IMG/VR virus record: IMGVR_UViG_3300036766_000889
DNA from: a virus
Direction: 5' to 3' (one strand)
DNA: 64,000 nucleotides
Within the stretch, counting starts at the first letter, position 1, and every line of letters begins with the position of its first letter. Below the pieces are notes generated by a model that saw only the letters and a list, made by a program, of their open reading frames with translations, was not told the DNA's origin and searched no databases. Position numbers and translations under genes: made by a program. Of the stretch, positions 1-8,683 are shown piece by piece.

Positions 1-5
1 TGTCC

Positions 6-461
6 ATGCCTGATCCACCGATTGATGAATGGAAACATCTATCTGATGGAAGAAAATTCGTTATTATTGATCATCTAAAGAAAAAAGACGACACACTTGA
101 TGGAATAAGGAATGTTAGTATACCCCCTCTCCAAAATGTCGATACTGATTTATTATCAATTCGTGCTATGGGGACTTTGCTAACAAGATTAGAATCGTCA
201 GCAGAGTCTATCAAAAAACTTTCACTACAAATAAATATCCCTGAATCGCCCGATGGTATTGAACAACTTAAAAGTGGTCAAGAGATTTTAACGAAGTTAA
301 ACGAAGCGAATGAAAATGAAGCCGCTCTCGAAGATAAGATGGTGGCGATCGATAAAGAACTTGATCAAATAAATATACAGCTCGCCGCCATACCATCCTG
401 CCCCTCGTGTGGTCGTCCCATTCCTTCAGCGGAACACAAGAACCACGCGATTAGTCTATAA
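6..461 (+). CDS. C-terminal part of a coiled-coil protein with CxxC motif (SbcC/Rad50-like), probably truncated by the window edge
   Basis: Heptad-rich coiled coil ending in CPSCGRP. Confidence 0.45.
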   Translation: MPDPPIDEWKHLSDGRKFVIIDHLKKKDDTLDGIRNVSIPPLQNVDTDLLSIRAMGTLLTRLESSAESIKKLSLQINIPESPDGIEQLKSGQEILTKLNEANENEAALEDKMVAIDKELDQINIQLAAIPSCPSCGRPIPSAEHKNHAISL

Positions 462-756
462 CCCCAAATGACAGAAGTTCTGGTGAGAGTTGAATGTTAT
501 GATGTTTCTCTTTCATAACTAAGTCTTCTCCCATATACCAGACCCCGTCGATCATCTCAAGGGGACCCTTTCCGAGCCTAATCCCGCCACCGTCCGTGCC
601 AAGCCAGTTCCCGGTTGGTACGTAGACAAGGGCCTGTATATCTCGGAAGTCAGCGACATATAACGGAGAGTCTTCCGCTATATCTCTTGAGGTGAGAAGT
701 ATTAGACTTCCGTTTTCCTGTAACATGGATAGGTCTATCTGTCGCACATTGAACAA
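451..756 (-). CDS. hypothetical protein
   Basis: 101-aa ORF filling the gap between neighbours. Confidence 0.5.
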   Translation of the reverse strand: MFNVRQIDLSMLQENGSLILLTSRDIAEDSPLYVADFRDIQALVYVPTGNWLGTDGGGIRLGKGPLEMIDGVWYMGEDLVMKEKHHNIQLSPELLSFGVID

Positions 757-807
757 TACTAAAACCTTTGTCGGACGGTTAATCCGGACGGTAATCTAGG
801 GCATAAC

Positions 808-1302
808 ATGGACAAAGAAACGCTCTCTAGAATCGCGGAAAGGGTGGCTACACCTCTCAAAGAGGGAGCTTTCTCCGCCGAACCGGGTGAACTGATTTCT
901 CATCTGAATGTTTTTCTTGCAGCAAAATATTCGATCGAGGCTTCTTACAGAAGTTATGCCGACCGTGTGAAGGGTCCATGGCGAGATTCATTGGTTGCTC
1001 ATTGGAGTGAGCATGCCGGTGATGAAAGAAAATCCGCTTATGACATCGCTATGAAGTGTGTCGCCCTTGGCGGGGACCCCATTTTGACGGTCGTCCAGGT
1101 ACCACCATGCACTCCGAGCCTTGCCGGTTTCATGCAGGTTTTAATATCTCAAGAACTCGACGCAATCGAAGCTGGCAGGAAGCTGGCAGCCATGGCCGGG
1201 GATAATATGGGCCTTCGCGTTCTTGCGGAAAACACGGTAGTGCTAGACAGCCACCACGTTGATGACCTTCGACGTTGGAGTGCAAGAATGGGCATAGACT
1301 GA
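808..1302 (+). CDS. ferritin/bacterioferritin-like protein
   Basis: EHAGDERKSA...ALGGDP and ...HHVDDL four-helix ferritin pattern. Confidence 0.75.
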   Translation: MDKETLSRIAERVATPLKEGAFSAEPGELISHLNVFLAAKYSIEASYRSYADRVKGPWRDSLVAHWSEHAGDERKSAYDIAMKCVALGGDPILTVVQVPPCTPSLAGFMQVLISQELDAIEAGRKLAAMAGDNMGLRVLAENTVVLDSHHVDDLRRWSARMGID

Positions 1303-1986
1303 TCTTACATGATCTAAGAACTCCTGCACAGATTTAGTTCCTTTTGAAATATTGCAACTCGTGCAGCAAGGAACAACGTTGTTAGAGGAATGATCTTTAG
1401 AGTTATCGAGACGATCAAGACCATTATACGTGAAATCTGCATCGTCACGTTTCGGATGACGCTTGTCTCCGTTATATTTATTGAAAGTCCTATGTGGAGG
1501 TTTTCCACAGTATGTACATGGCATTTTTGACAAACTAAAAAATGTCTCGAAATCACACCCATCTTTATAAACACGCATCCAAATTGATTTGGCACTACTT
1601 ATTTCTGGTGTGAGTTTTCTGGATTTTGCGCCAGCTATAGCTCTACGACTACTGGTTTTACACCCGCAGTTATCGGTAATCCCTCTTATGACGAAGTATG
1701 CTCTTTTCTTGATAATCTCACCACATTCACATTTTAACTTCCACAAAATTGATCTGTTATGTCGCTCATCTGTTTTTTGAATGAATGTTAAAGATCCGAA
1801 TTTTTGTCCAGTCCAATCTATATCATTTTTTACTTTCGGAATTTTTTCAGCATACTTCTTTGCTCTCCTATCCTTTGTGCATTGTTTGCAAGCTTCTACT
1901 ATTTTTTTTCTCCCCTTATACTCTGTATGCCAAAAATAACATTTATCTTCTGAAACAAGACCATGAATTTTACAACGGACTGCCAT
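1243..1986 (-). CDS. HNH-type homing endonuclease
   Basis: CTYCG...YNGLDRLDNSKDH..NNVVPCCTSCN; WTGQKFGSL...CECG N-terminal module. Confidence 0.8.
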   Translation of the reverse strand: MAVRCKIHGLVSEDKCYFWHTEYKGRKKIVEACKQCTKDRRAKKYAEKIPKVKNDIDWTGQKFGSLTFIQKTDERHNRSILWKLKCECGEIIKKRAYFVIRGITDNCGCKTSSRRAIAGAKSRKLTPEISSAKSIWMRVYKDGCDFETFFSLSKMPCTYCGKPPHRTFNKYNGDKRHPKRDDADFTYNGLDRLDNSKDHSSNNVVPCCTSCNISKGTKSVQEFLDHVRSVYAHSCTPTSKVINVVAV

Positions 1987-2155
1987 AACATTCTTTTAAG
2001 AAAAGAATTCTAACAAAGTAGAATGAACTTTTTTCCGTGAAGAAGTATTATAAAAATCCCGAATAGAATTGTGCAACCTCTAATTAAACGCAGTCCACAG
2101 AGGTGTCAAGTACACAGTCCACAGGGTTACTCAACGACATTTACGAAGGTTCTAT

Positions 2156-2710
2156 ATGAAAATCCGGTCCTTCTTTCTCATTTTAACTATAACTATTTTA
2201 CCAACTATCGGACTGATGTCTAGTTTGACCAGTCCGATTTTTGCTCAAGAAGAAGCAAAGTGTAATGGACCGGTTGAGCTATGCGCTCAGGTTCTGGAAC
2301 TTAAGTCGGTAATTGCTTCTCAGAAGAAAACAGTTCTTTCTGCCTCGAAAGAAGAAGAAAGCAGTGAAACTTCTGGAAAATTACTCGCAGCCGCTGCACT
2401 CGCAGCCGTGATTTTAAAACTATTGATTTCAACATTGAAGTCTTGGACATCTTGGATTCAAACGGACAAGCAGAAAGCCGTCATGAAGGCTGGTTTGCTT
2501 ATCCTCGGTTTTGCGTTGTTCGTTGTTGGAAACGTGGCGATCGGCCTTCCTTGGTGGCAGGCACTGATAGTTGCTGGCGGGCCCCCGGGCGCGATTTTAG
2601 TTCACGAACTCACTGATTTATTCCGAGTTTTCAAGGGAGAGAAACCTTTGCCTCCTGAACTTGACCCCACAAAAGACAGTCAGCCTCCCGTTTCTCCACC
2701 TGTTGCCTGA
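2156..2710 (+). CDS. membrane protein with signal peptide
   Basis: N-terminal signal-like segment and 2-3 hydrophobic helices. Confidence 0.6.
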   Translation: MKIRSFFLILTITILPTIGLMSSLTSPIFAQEEAKCNGPVELCAQVLELKSVIASQKKTVLSASKEEESSETSGKLLAAAALAAVILKLLISTLKSWTSWIQTDKQKAVMKAGLLILGFALFVVGNVAIGLPWWQALIVAGGPPGAILVHELTDLFRVFKGEKPLPPELDPTKDSQPPVSPPVA

Positions 2711-2718
2711 CGGACGAA

Positions 2719-3177
2719 ATGGCTAACATAATCAATGGAAGCTCGGCCGGGCTTCATGTAATTATGGACGCTCGGGTCTACGATCCGAGTGTATTCGACA
2801 AAACAACTTTGCTCAGTCTTTTCGACAAAATTGTCAAAGCACTCGGCATGAAGCCACTTGATGATGTTAAGGTGTATGAGGTTCCCGTGGATCATGCGAT
2901 TCTAGCGAGAGCTCAAGCGACGGGTAATTTCGAGGATGAGGGCGGTATTTCGACTCTGCAAGTGATCTCTACCAGCCACCTCGCGTTACATGCTTGGCCA
3001 CTCCAGAGCTATTTTGCACTTGACGCGTTTTCGTGTAAAGACTATGATGCCCAACTTGCCCTAAGTATAATTCGCGAAATGCTTGGAGTGAAGTCAGAGA
3101 ATACGCTAGTCATAAAGCGACAGAAAACTGCTTTAGACTCAACAACTAGAAATGTACAGTATTTTGAGTGTGGCTAA
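2719..3177 (+). CDS. speD: S-adenosylmethionine decarboxylase family pyruvoyl proenzyme
   Basis: GLHVIMD...GGIS...STSHLALHAWP...ALDAFSCK family pattern. Confidence 0.8.
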   Translation: MANIINGSSAGLHVIMDARVYDPSVFDKTTLLSLFDKIVKALGMKPLDDVKVYEVPVDHAILARAQATGNFEDEGGISTLQVISTSHLALHAWPLQSYFALDAFSCKDYDAQLALSIIREMLGVKSENTLVIKRQKTALDSTTRNVQYFECG

Positions 3178-3180
3178 ATC

Positions 3181-3203
3181 GGGACGGAAATATATTTCCG
3201 TCC
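3181..3203 (+). terminator. perfect hairpin after the speD-like gene
   Basis: GGACGGAAAT-AT-ATTTCCGTCC inverted repeat right after the stop; no clear U-tract. Confidence 0.4.
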
Positions 3204-3304
3204 GAAATTGAAATTCATTCGGAAATCCGTTCAGTCTTACTGTATTTATTCAAAGAAGTCCGGAGTCGTTCCGGAAACTTTGAGTAGGAAATAGTAAGGG
3301 AACT

Positions 3305-3571
3305 ATGAGTCAAATTGGACGTTGTAAGGGTTGTTACGAAGTCAATAGGCTTGATGATGGTATATGCTCAGTATGCCTAAATCACACACTTCGTGGTAGA
3401 AGTTGGGCTGACATGTCTCATAAATGTCGAACTGACCCAGCATATGCTTTGGCAGTGTACTGTCATATTAAGACAGAAACTACTCGTGAAAATTTCGTAA
3501 AGATGTATGGACTTCCGCCAGGGGCCGAACGTCTGGCTGTTGGGAAGCCTAAACTGAGACTAGTGAACTAG
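3305..3571 (+). CDS. small Cys-rich hypothetical protein
   Basis: Two CxxC pairs; AAGGG upstream. Confidence 0.55.
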   Translation: MSQIGRCKGCYEVNRLDDGICSVCLNHTLRGRSWADMSHKCRTDPAYALAVYCHIKTETTRENFVKMYGLPPGAERLAVGKPKLRLVN

Positions 3572-3620
3572 CTGAAGTTGACAGACAATGAGATCGGTGT
3601 CTTTCCATACGTGATTCATG

Positions 3621-3824
3621 TCAGGTTTTCATTACTGAGTCAATGATCATCTGGTCACAATCAGGTTCTTCTTTACTGATCGGAGTTGGCTTGCCGATGA
3701 ACGGCATATAAAGAATGTCACCCTTGACGAGAAGACACCGGTCACAAATACTATGTCCGTGTGCCCACAGTCCTGGGATCCCTAAAAAATCCGTGGATCG
3801 CGTCATACGCCATTCGTGACCCAC
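3621..3824 (-). CDS. small hypothetical protein
   Basis: Abuts the upstream ORF; ends in the shared IIDSVMKT motif. Confidence 0.5.
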   Translation of the reverse strand: MGHEWRMTRSTDFLGIPGLWAHGHSICDRCLLVKGDILYMPFIGKPTPISKEEPDCDQMIIDSVMKT

Positions 3825-4240
3825 TAGCTTTCCATCACTTCTTTAACAGCTTTCACTCGATTACGATACATAGAATCTGATTCTTGTCGATATTCGATCG
3901 AATAAGTATCCGGAAGCTTCACCCAAAAACGTGAATTCTTAACCGATTTCCCGTCTTTCAAAACTCGAAAAGTGATACTGTCGTAGTCATCACCGACACG
4001 AATAGCGGACTTGCTGAATTGACGGACGTACACTCGAGCAATTTCTAGAGTGAGACCGGCCTTTACAATACCGCGTACCTTCTTATATCCTCCTCCCTTT
4101 TCATAATGACCGCTCCCGTCTTTCGGGAGCAAATCAAGTGACTTGGCAAAGTCAGTGTTTCGATATTCGAGGTAAAGGTCGAATTCCCAGTCCTTTTCGA
4201 GGATAAGACGATCACCACACGCAGGGATATAAAAGTTCAC
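3824..4240 (-). CDS. hypothetical phage protein
   Basis: 138 aa, GTGA start/stop coupling. Confidence 0.65.
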   Translation of the reverse strand: MNFYIPACGDRLILEKDWEFDLYLEYRNTDFAKSLDLLPKDGSGHYEKGGGYKKVRGIVKAGLTLEIARVYVRQFSKSAIRVGDDYDSITFRVLKDGKSVKNSRFWVKLPDTYSIEYRQESDSMYRNRVKAVKEVMES

Positions 4241-4731
4241 AGTGTTCCACCTTTGGCTCGCATAAGAATGAAAGTTTCGTAAAGACTTCCGCTCGACTTA
4301 GTTTTTTCTCCAAAAAGTTGAATAGCTGCCAAAAGATCAGAGAGAGGAATGTTCACAAGTGCCGCAGCCGCACGAAGAGATGAGAGAGTGGCTAATGGAT
4401 CCGCCTTCGGTACTCGGGCAGACAAAACGACTTCTGAAGCTTTTTTTGCGGCCCATTCTTCCCGTTTTGCAGCCTCGAAGAACTCAAAAGATCCATCATC
4501 AAGAACCGCAAACCAGTGTCCGTCTGGAATATGACGTGGAGCGTCCAGAACTTCGGTTTCAGGGTCCTTAACTTCTCCAAAAGACCCATCATCAAGAAAC
4601 GCAAACTTTTGTCCACCATGATGAGCTTCCGAAACTTCGATTTCGAATTTCTTCGATCCATCCTCGAGAATGACCATTTTCGGGATATATGGTTTATCTG
4701 ATGATGGAGGACCGTAGGCTATAATGTTCAT
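4237..4731 (-). CDS. hypothetical protein (start revised to ATG 4731)
   Basis: ATGA overlap with the stop of the 4728-5150 ORF. Confidence 0.55.
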   Translation of the reverse strand: MNIIAYGPPSSDKPYIPKMVILEDGSKKFEIEVSEAHHGGQKFAFLDDGSFGEVKDPETEVLDAPRHIPDGHWFAVLDDGSFEFFEAAKREEWAAKKASEVVLSARVPKADPLATLSSLRAAAALVNIPLSDLLAAIQLFGEKTKSSGSLYETFILMRAKGGTL

Positions 4732-5150
4732 AGACCAGCACTCGCGGCAAAAGACGCCTTTACGAAGACCCAGACAAAAAATGCAAATATTGATGTCATT
4801 CCGAATATCGCCATCCACATGGCGATTGCACATGTTACCATGAAGAAAGACATGAAAAAACTTCTGGCAGGGGCAGTCTGTACTGATTGAGTGTCATACT
4901 CATCGTCATCGTCAGACTGATCGAAGTAATTTCCAAGATTAACGTTACCCTGTACGGAAACGTTGTTGACATTATTCTGAACGTTCTCATTTCCGCTGTT
5001 TGATAAAGTAGATAGAAGCCTACTGTTATCTTGGTTCTTGTTCAGGTTCCTGTCTACCCTGAAACCTCCGCATCCGGAGCATTCAGTCTCGGAGGCCGAA
5101 CTAGAAATTCCGCAGTTTGCACATCTCCACTTTATTAATTCTGTGTTCAT
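4728..5150 (-). CDS. zinc-ribbon membrane protein
   Basis: WRCANCG...CSGCG plus C-terminal hydrophobic helices. Confidence 0.6.
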   Translation of the reverse strand: MNTELIKWRCANCGISSSASETECSGCGGFRVDRNLNKNQDNSRLLSTLSNSGNENVQNNVNNVSVQGNVNLGNYFDQSDDDDEYDTQSVQTAPARSFFMSFFMVTCAIAMWMAIFGMTSIFAFFVWVFVKASFAASAGL

Positions 5151-5178
5151 AACTTACATACCTCTGATCAATTTGGAC

Positions 5179-5787
5179 TTACGAAGCCAGACACTTGATT
5201 CCCTCCCGGAGGAGGTCAGTGATCGGTTCTTTATTCACACGTAGTCCAAGGTTACGGACGAATTTTTCGGTTTCCGCCTTCTTAAATCCCAGGCCTGAAA
5301 GAGCCGACGAAAGGTTCTTACATGCGTCAGGGTCAACTTGTTCCTTCACAGGAGAAAAAACCGCCTGCATTTTGGGCATACTGGCGGAGTGTGATGGCGA
5401 AGCAGTAGCCTTGAACGCCTTCGCCCGATTCAATGCATGGGTGCGTTCTTTAGGAGAACAAGAGTGGTTGAAACAGGCAAGGGTCACCTTGTCGTTCATG
5501 AGCCATTTTGGGTTGACGATATCCATCATGAATTCGATATATGGTACTTCGTCTACCGCATCGTCCCGAACTCCAGCTTCGGTGCATTCGCGAAACACAC
5601 ACAGGACCCTACATTTCTCTGAAACCTGTTGATTGTTTTGAATCAACACACGTTCCAGCGTGGCCACCGCATACTGGTTCTGGGCCTCAACCACGAGATT
5701 TTTCGCCCCGATGGCGAACAAAAACGTTGCGGTCTCTACGCCGAAGGACGGGTGACCTTGATCTAGAATGTTTTCCATGCCGGTCAT
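5179..5787 (-). CDS. protein with C-terminal RuvA domain III-like module
   Basis: SALSGLGFKKAETEKFV...DLLREGIKCL matches the RuvA_C pattern. Confidence 0.55.
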   Translation of the reverse strand: MTGMENILDQGHPSFGVETATFLFAIGAKNLVVEAQNQYAVATLERVLIQNNQQVSEKCRVLCVFRECTEAGVRDDAVDEVPYIEFMMDIVNPKWLMNDKVTLACFNHSCSPKERTHALNRAKAFKATASPSHSASMPKMQAVFSPVKEQVDPDACKNLSSALSGLGFKKAETEKFVRNLGLRVNKEPITDLLREGIKCLAS

Positions 5788-5806
5788 ACTGACCCGGCTT
5801 GGAGAT

Positions 5807-6127
5807 TTACGTATTTTGGCTAATGTATTTGAATTCGTGTACTACTACCCCGAGAACCGCGCTAAGTTTAGAAACTGCTTCTTCAAGAATTGCACGGGCC
5901 TCGTCCTGGGGATTCAAAGTTCTGGCGGATTTTCTGAGATTACTTATGAGGCCCTTGAGGTCATTTATGGCGGCTCTGAAGTTTGCGTCTGCCCCTTCGT
6001 TGGCTGTCCGAATCTCGGTCAAAAGTAACCTAACTGAGGCAGCCGTCATGGCTTGGCTTGGCTTTTCTTGGCTTTCCAGATACTCAGCTATTTTTACAAT
6101 CTTTGTTTGTAAATTTTCTGGACTCAT
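5807..6127 (-). CDS. helical hypothetical protein
   Basis: 106 aa in the minus-strand operon. Confidence 0.6.
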   Translation of the reverse strand: MSPENLQTKIVKIAEYLESQEKPSQAMTAASVRLLLTEIRTANEGADANFRAAINDLKGLISNLRKSARTLNPQDEARAILEEAVSKLSAVLGVVVHEFKYISQNT

Positions 6128-6130
6128 ATT

Positions 6131-6784
6131 CTACCTTGTCAAATTACCGAGATACTGGATCGTTTCCATACTGGATTTAATTATATCACTGAAACTAGGA
6201 GTAGAAAAACCCCTATCTTCGATTACCCCAAATTCGTTCGAAAAAGCACAGTGTATAAAACATGCGTGCACTTTATGCTCAAACGGATTTGAACTAAGCC
6301 AATGGATTATTTGGTAGTATAGTTCATTGCACGTATGCGTACCGGCATGATAGCTAGGTATTGCGTTTACGCCCTTACTTTTCAGAAATTCAATCATTCC
6401 CAGTATTTCAATACTGGTTTCATACGCCGCTGGACCCCCGCGAATAATGCTCGAGTCTCGGATCGGTATTCGGTTATTATCACCCATCGCTGTATCGATA
6501 ACGTTGATGGCAAAACGTTCGTATCGTATGGGACTATCGTGTTGAGAAGCTCCGTACATCAAAATGAAATCCGGTTTAAACCGAATAGCTTCATTTTTTA
6601 GGATTTCTGATGACTTCCCGAATATTTGCGGGAGGACTATTCCACGTACAGAAAACCCGGGGATTGAAACATCTCCGTTTGCCCACACCTTAGCCAACTC
6701 TCCGGATGGAGTTTTCTTTATACCCCACTGAGGCTCAAATCCGGATAAAAGTACCTTAGTCATTTGGGCGCTCCCATACCACAC
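6131..6784 (-). CDS. pcp: pyroglutamyl-peptidase I (peptidase C15)
   Basis: KVLLSGFEP, ERFAIN (catalytic E), AGTHTCNELYY (catalytic C), FIH; likely start is ATG 6763. Confidence 0.85.
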   Translation of the reverse strand: MWYGSAQMTKVLLSGFEPQWGIKKTPSGELAKVWANGDVSIPGFSVRGIVLPQIFGKSSEILKNEAIRFKPDFILMYGASQHDSPIRYERFAINVIDTAMGDNNRIPIRDSSIIRGGPAAYETSIEILGMIEFLKSKGVNAIPSYHAGTHTCNELYYQIIHWLSSNPFEHKVHACFIHCAFSNEFGVIEDRGFSTPSFSDIIKSSMETIQYLGNLTR

Positions 6785-6816
6785 AATACCAAAATTTTAT
6801 AGTTCCGTACGGTCAT

Positions 6817-7047
6817 ATGGTACAAAAAAAGACATTTCGTTCCATTGAATTTCGGGATGGGGATGGGGATACTGTTGTCCATCATGGTTTCATGGACGAT
6901 CTCGGGGCAGAAAAACTCGTAACCCAACTGATTGAGTCAGGTGCGACAGAAGTTATGATATGCGATCTCACTCCTGATGAATCGACGAGTGTAAAATTAC
7001 ATAACGAAACTCAACAGTTAGAAAACACCCTGAAACGTTTGCCTTAA
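6817..7047 (+). CDS. hypothetical protein
   Basis: Preceded by the GTACGGT -10-like motif. Confidence 0.55.
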   Translation: MVQKKTFRSIEFRDGDGDTVVHHGFMDDLGAEKLVTQLIESGATEVMICDLTPDESTSVKLHNETQQLENTLKRLP

Positions 7048-7057
7048 TGGATTAAAC

Positions 7058-7417
7058 ATGGATTTCACTTTAGAAAAGAGAATTTTCACGGCAGAGAGAC
7101 TTATACAAAACGACTCAATTGCCAATTTGAAAATATCGACAAGGGATTCGATTTTATCAAGCATGGCAAATTCTTTGATTTTGCAGGTCGTTGCCGAAGT
7201 TGCGACACGTAAGACAGACAGCAAGACCGTTTCCTATCCAACTACATGGTGGGACTCGGTAAAAATTCGGTTTCTCCCAGCGTGGGCGCTGAAACGATGG
7301 CCCGCGAAAATGACTACGGTCACGTTGGAAGCATGGGCACACTACCCATCAATTGCAATCCCAGATACTGAATGTTATGTGACTGTTTCAATCGTTGGTG
7401 ACATGGCGAAATGGTGA
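7058..7417 (+). CDS. hypothetical phage protein
   Basis: YPTTWW..K..FLP motif; operon context. Confidence 0.6.
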   Translation: MDFTLEKRIFTAERLIQNDSIANLKISTRDSILSSMANSLILQVVAEVATRKTDSKTVSYPTTWWDSVKIRFLPAWALKRWPAKMTTVTLEAWAHYPSIAIPDTECYVTVSIVGDMAKW

Positions 7418-7420
7418 ATA

Positions 7421-7720
7421 ATGACAATTAACATTCAGATCCCAGACAATGGTAAACCCGAACACGTCAAAATTACAATAGACGGTGAGACCGTTGGTTT
7501 TGTGACAAAGTTAAAACTTGAGTTAACACCAGGAAAACCAACGGTAATTTTAGAAATTGAACGCACATTTCCTAATGATAAACACGTAAACAAACAGTTC
7601 AAGGATCACCGTTGGGTGAAGTTTCCCGTTTCGGTCACACCAGCAGTACCAGTTGTTGCGGTCACACCAGCAGTACCAGTTCGATCAAAGTTCGGTCCCA
7701 GCGTTCGTGCTAAGAAGTGA
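7421..7720 (+). CDS. hypothetical protein
   Basis: Operon context; internal VTPAVPV duplication. Confidence 0.55.
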   Translation: MTINIQIPDNGKPEHVKITIDGETVGFVTKLKLELTPGKPTVILEIERTFPNDKHVNKQFKDHRWVKFPVSVTPAVPVVAVTPAVPVRSKFGPSVRAKK

Positions 7721-7741
7721 CGATCAAGTGTACTATCCAAC

Positions 7742-8380
7742 ATGTGGAAAGAATTAATATTAGCGACCCATGAGTGCCAAAGACTTGATTATACGCCAAG
7801 GTATAGCACGATTCCGATCGTAACCCAAGAGTCTGTCTCGACTCACAGCTATTGGGTTACAGTCTACGCCGCCATGATCCACACGGCTTTAGACCCTGAT
7901 GATACCGATACCCTAGCGGCTTGCCTATTACAGGCAGCCATACATGACATCATAGAAGGAATAGGATCAGGGGATATTGTTAGAACATTTAAGTATCGTT
8001 CAGAAGCTTTGAGAGAAGCGATTGATGAAGCTGAAATTCAGGTGATGGAGGAGTCTCCTCAGTCTTTAAAGAGACTTTTTTCAGTATCTAAATCTCTACA
8101 AGAGAAAACTGGTAAACAAAAATATATCGAATCAGTCGTGAAAGCTGCTGATTTTATGAGTTTACATAACTTCATGATACGTGAATTAGAGCGGGGGAAC
8201 CAAGAAATTAAACCGTATTTTGAAAGAATGACCCAGGATCTTCATAAAATGTCGGTTAAGAATAAAGGTGTGGTTTTCATCACGTCAGGCGGAAACGAGT
8301 TTATTCTTTCAGGATTCTATGACGAACTCGTTACCAACGCAGTGGGAAAATTTGAACGAATTTATCCATTCAAGTTATGA
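7742..8380 (+). CDS. HD-domain 5'-deoxynucleotidase (YfbR-like)
   Basis: RY...ESVSTHSY...IHDIIE...GDI...VKAAD. Confidence 0.8.
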   Translation: MWKELILATHECQRLDYTPRYSTIPIVTQESVSTHSYWVTVYAAMIHTALDPDDTDTLAACLLQAAIHDIIEGIGSGDIVRTFKYRSEALREAIDEAEIQVMEESPQSLKRLFSVSKSLQEKTGKQKYIESVVKAADFMSLHNFMIRELERGNQEIKPYFERMTQDLHKMSVKNKGVVFITSGGNEFILSGFYDELVTNAVGKFERIYPFKL

Positions 8381-8388
8381 TGTAAGAA

Positions 8389-8634
8389 ATGAACAGATTT
8401 TATTGTTGGAGGGTTGGTGCCGTAATTGAAATGAATGTGGGTGATAAATGTCCAGAATGTGGATGTACTGATCACAATACGTATGGATATGGTAATTGCG
8501 GAAACTTTGTTGAACTACCTGCTGAAAAACGAACTCTGGATCACGTTGGAACAAATTGTGTTTTACCAATTAATCACCCCGGGTCGTGTTCTCATGATTT
8601 GGAAATTATAGCTGAAGAGATCCATGATTCTTGA
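8389..8634 (+). CDS. small Cys-rich hypothetical protein
   Basis: CPECG; ends IIAEEIHDS. Confidence 0.5.
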   Translation: MNRFYCWRVGAVIEMNVGDKCPECGCTDHNTYGYGNCGNFVELPAEKRTLDHVGTNCVLPINHPGSCSHDLEIIAEEIHDS

Positions 8635-8683
8635 GAATCGAATGAAAAGGTAAACATCTTAAACGCAGATTGTGAGAAATTAA

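Noticed and set aside
7632-7681. 23-bp direct repeat (VTPAVPV twice)
   Set aside because: Simple in-frame duplication in a low-complexity tail
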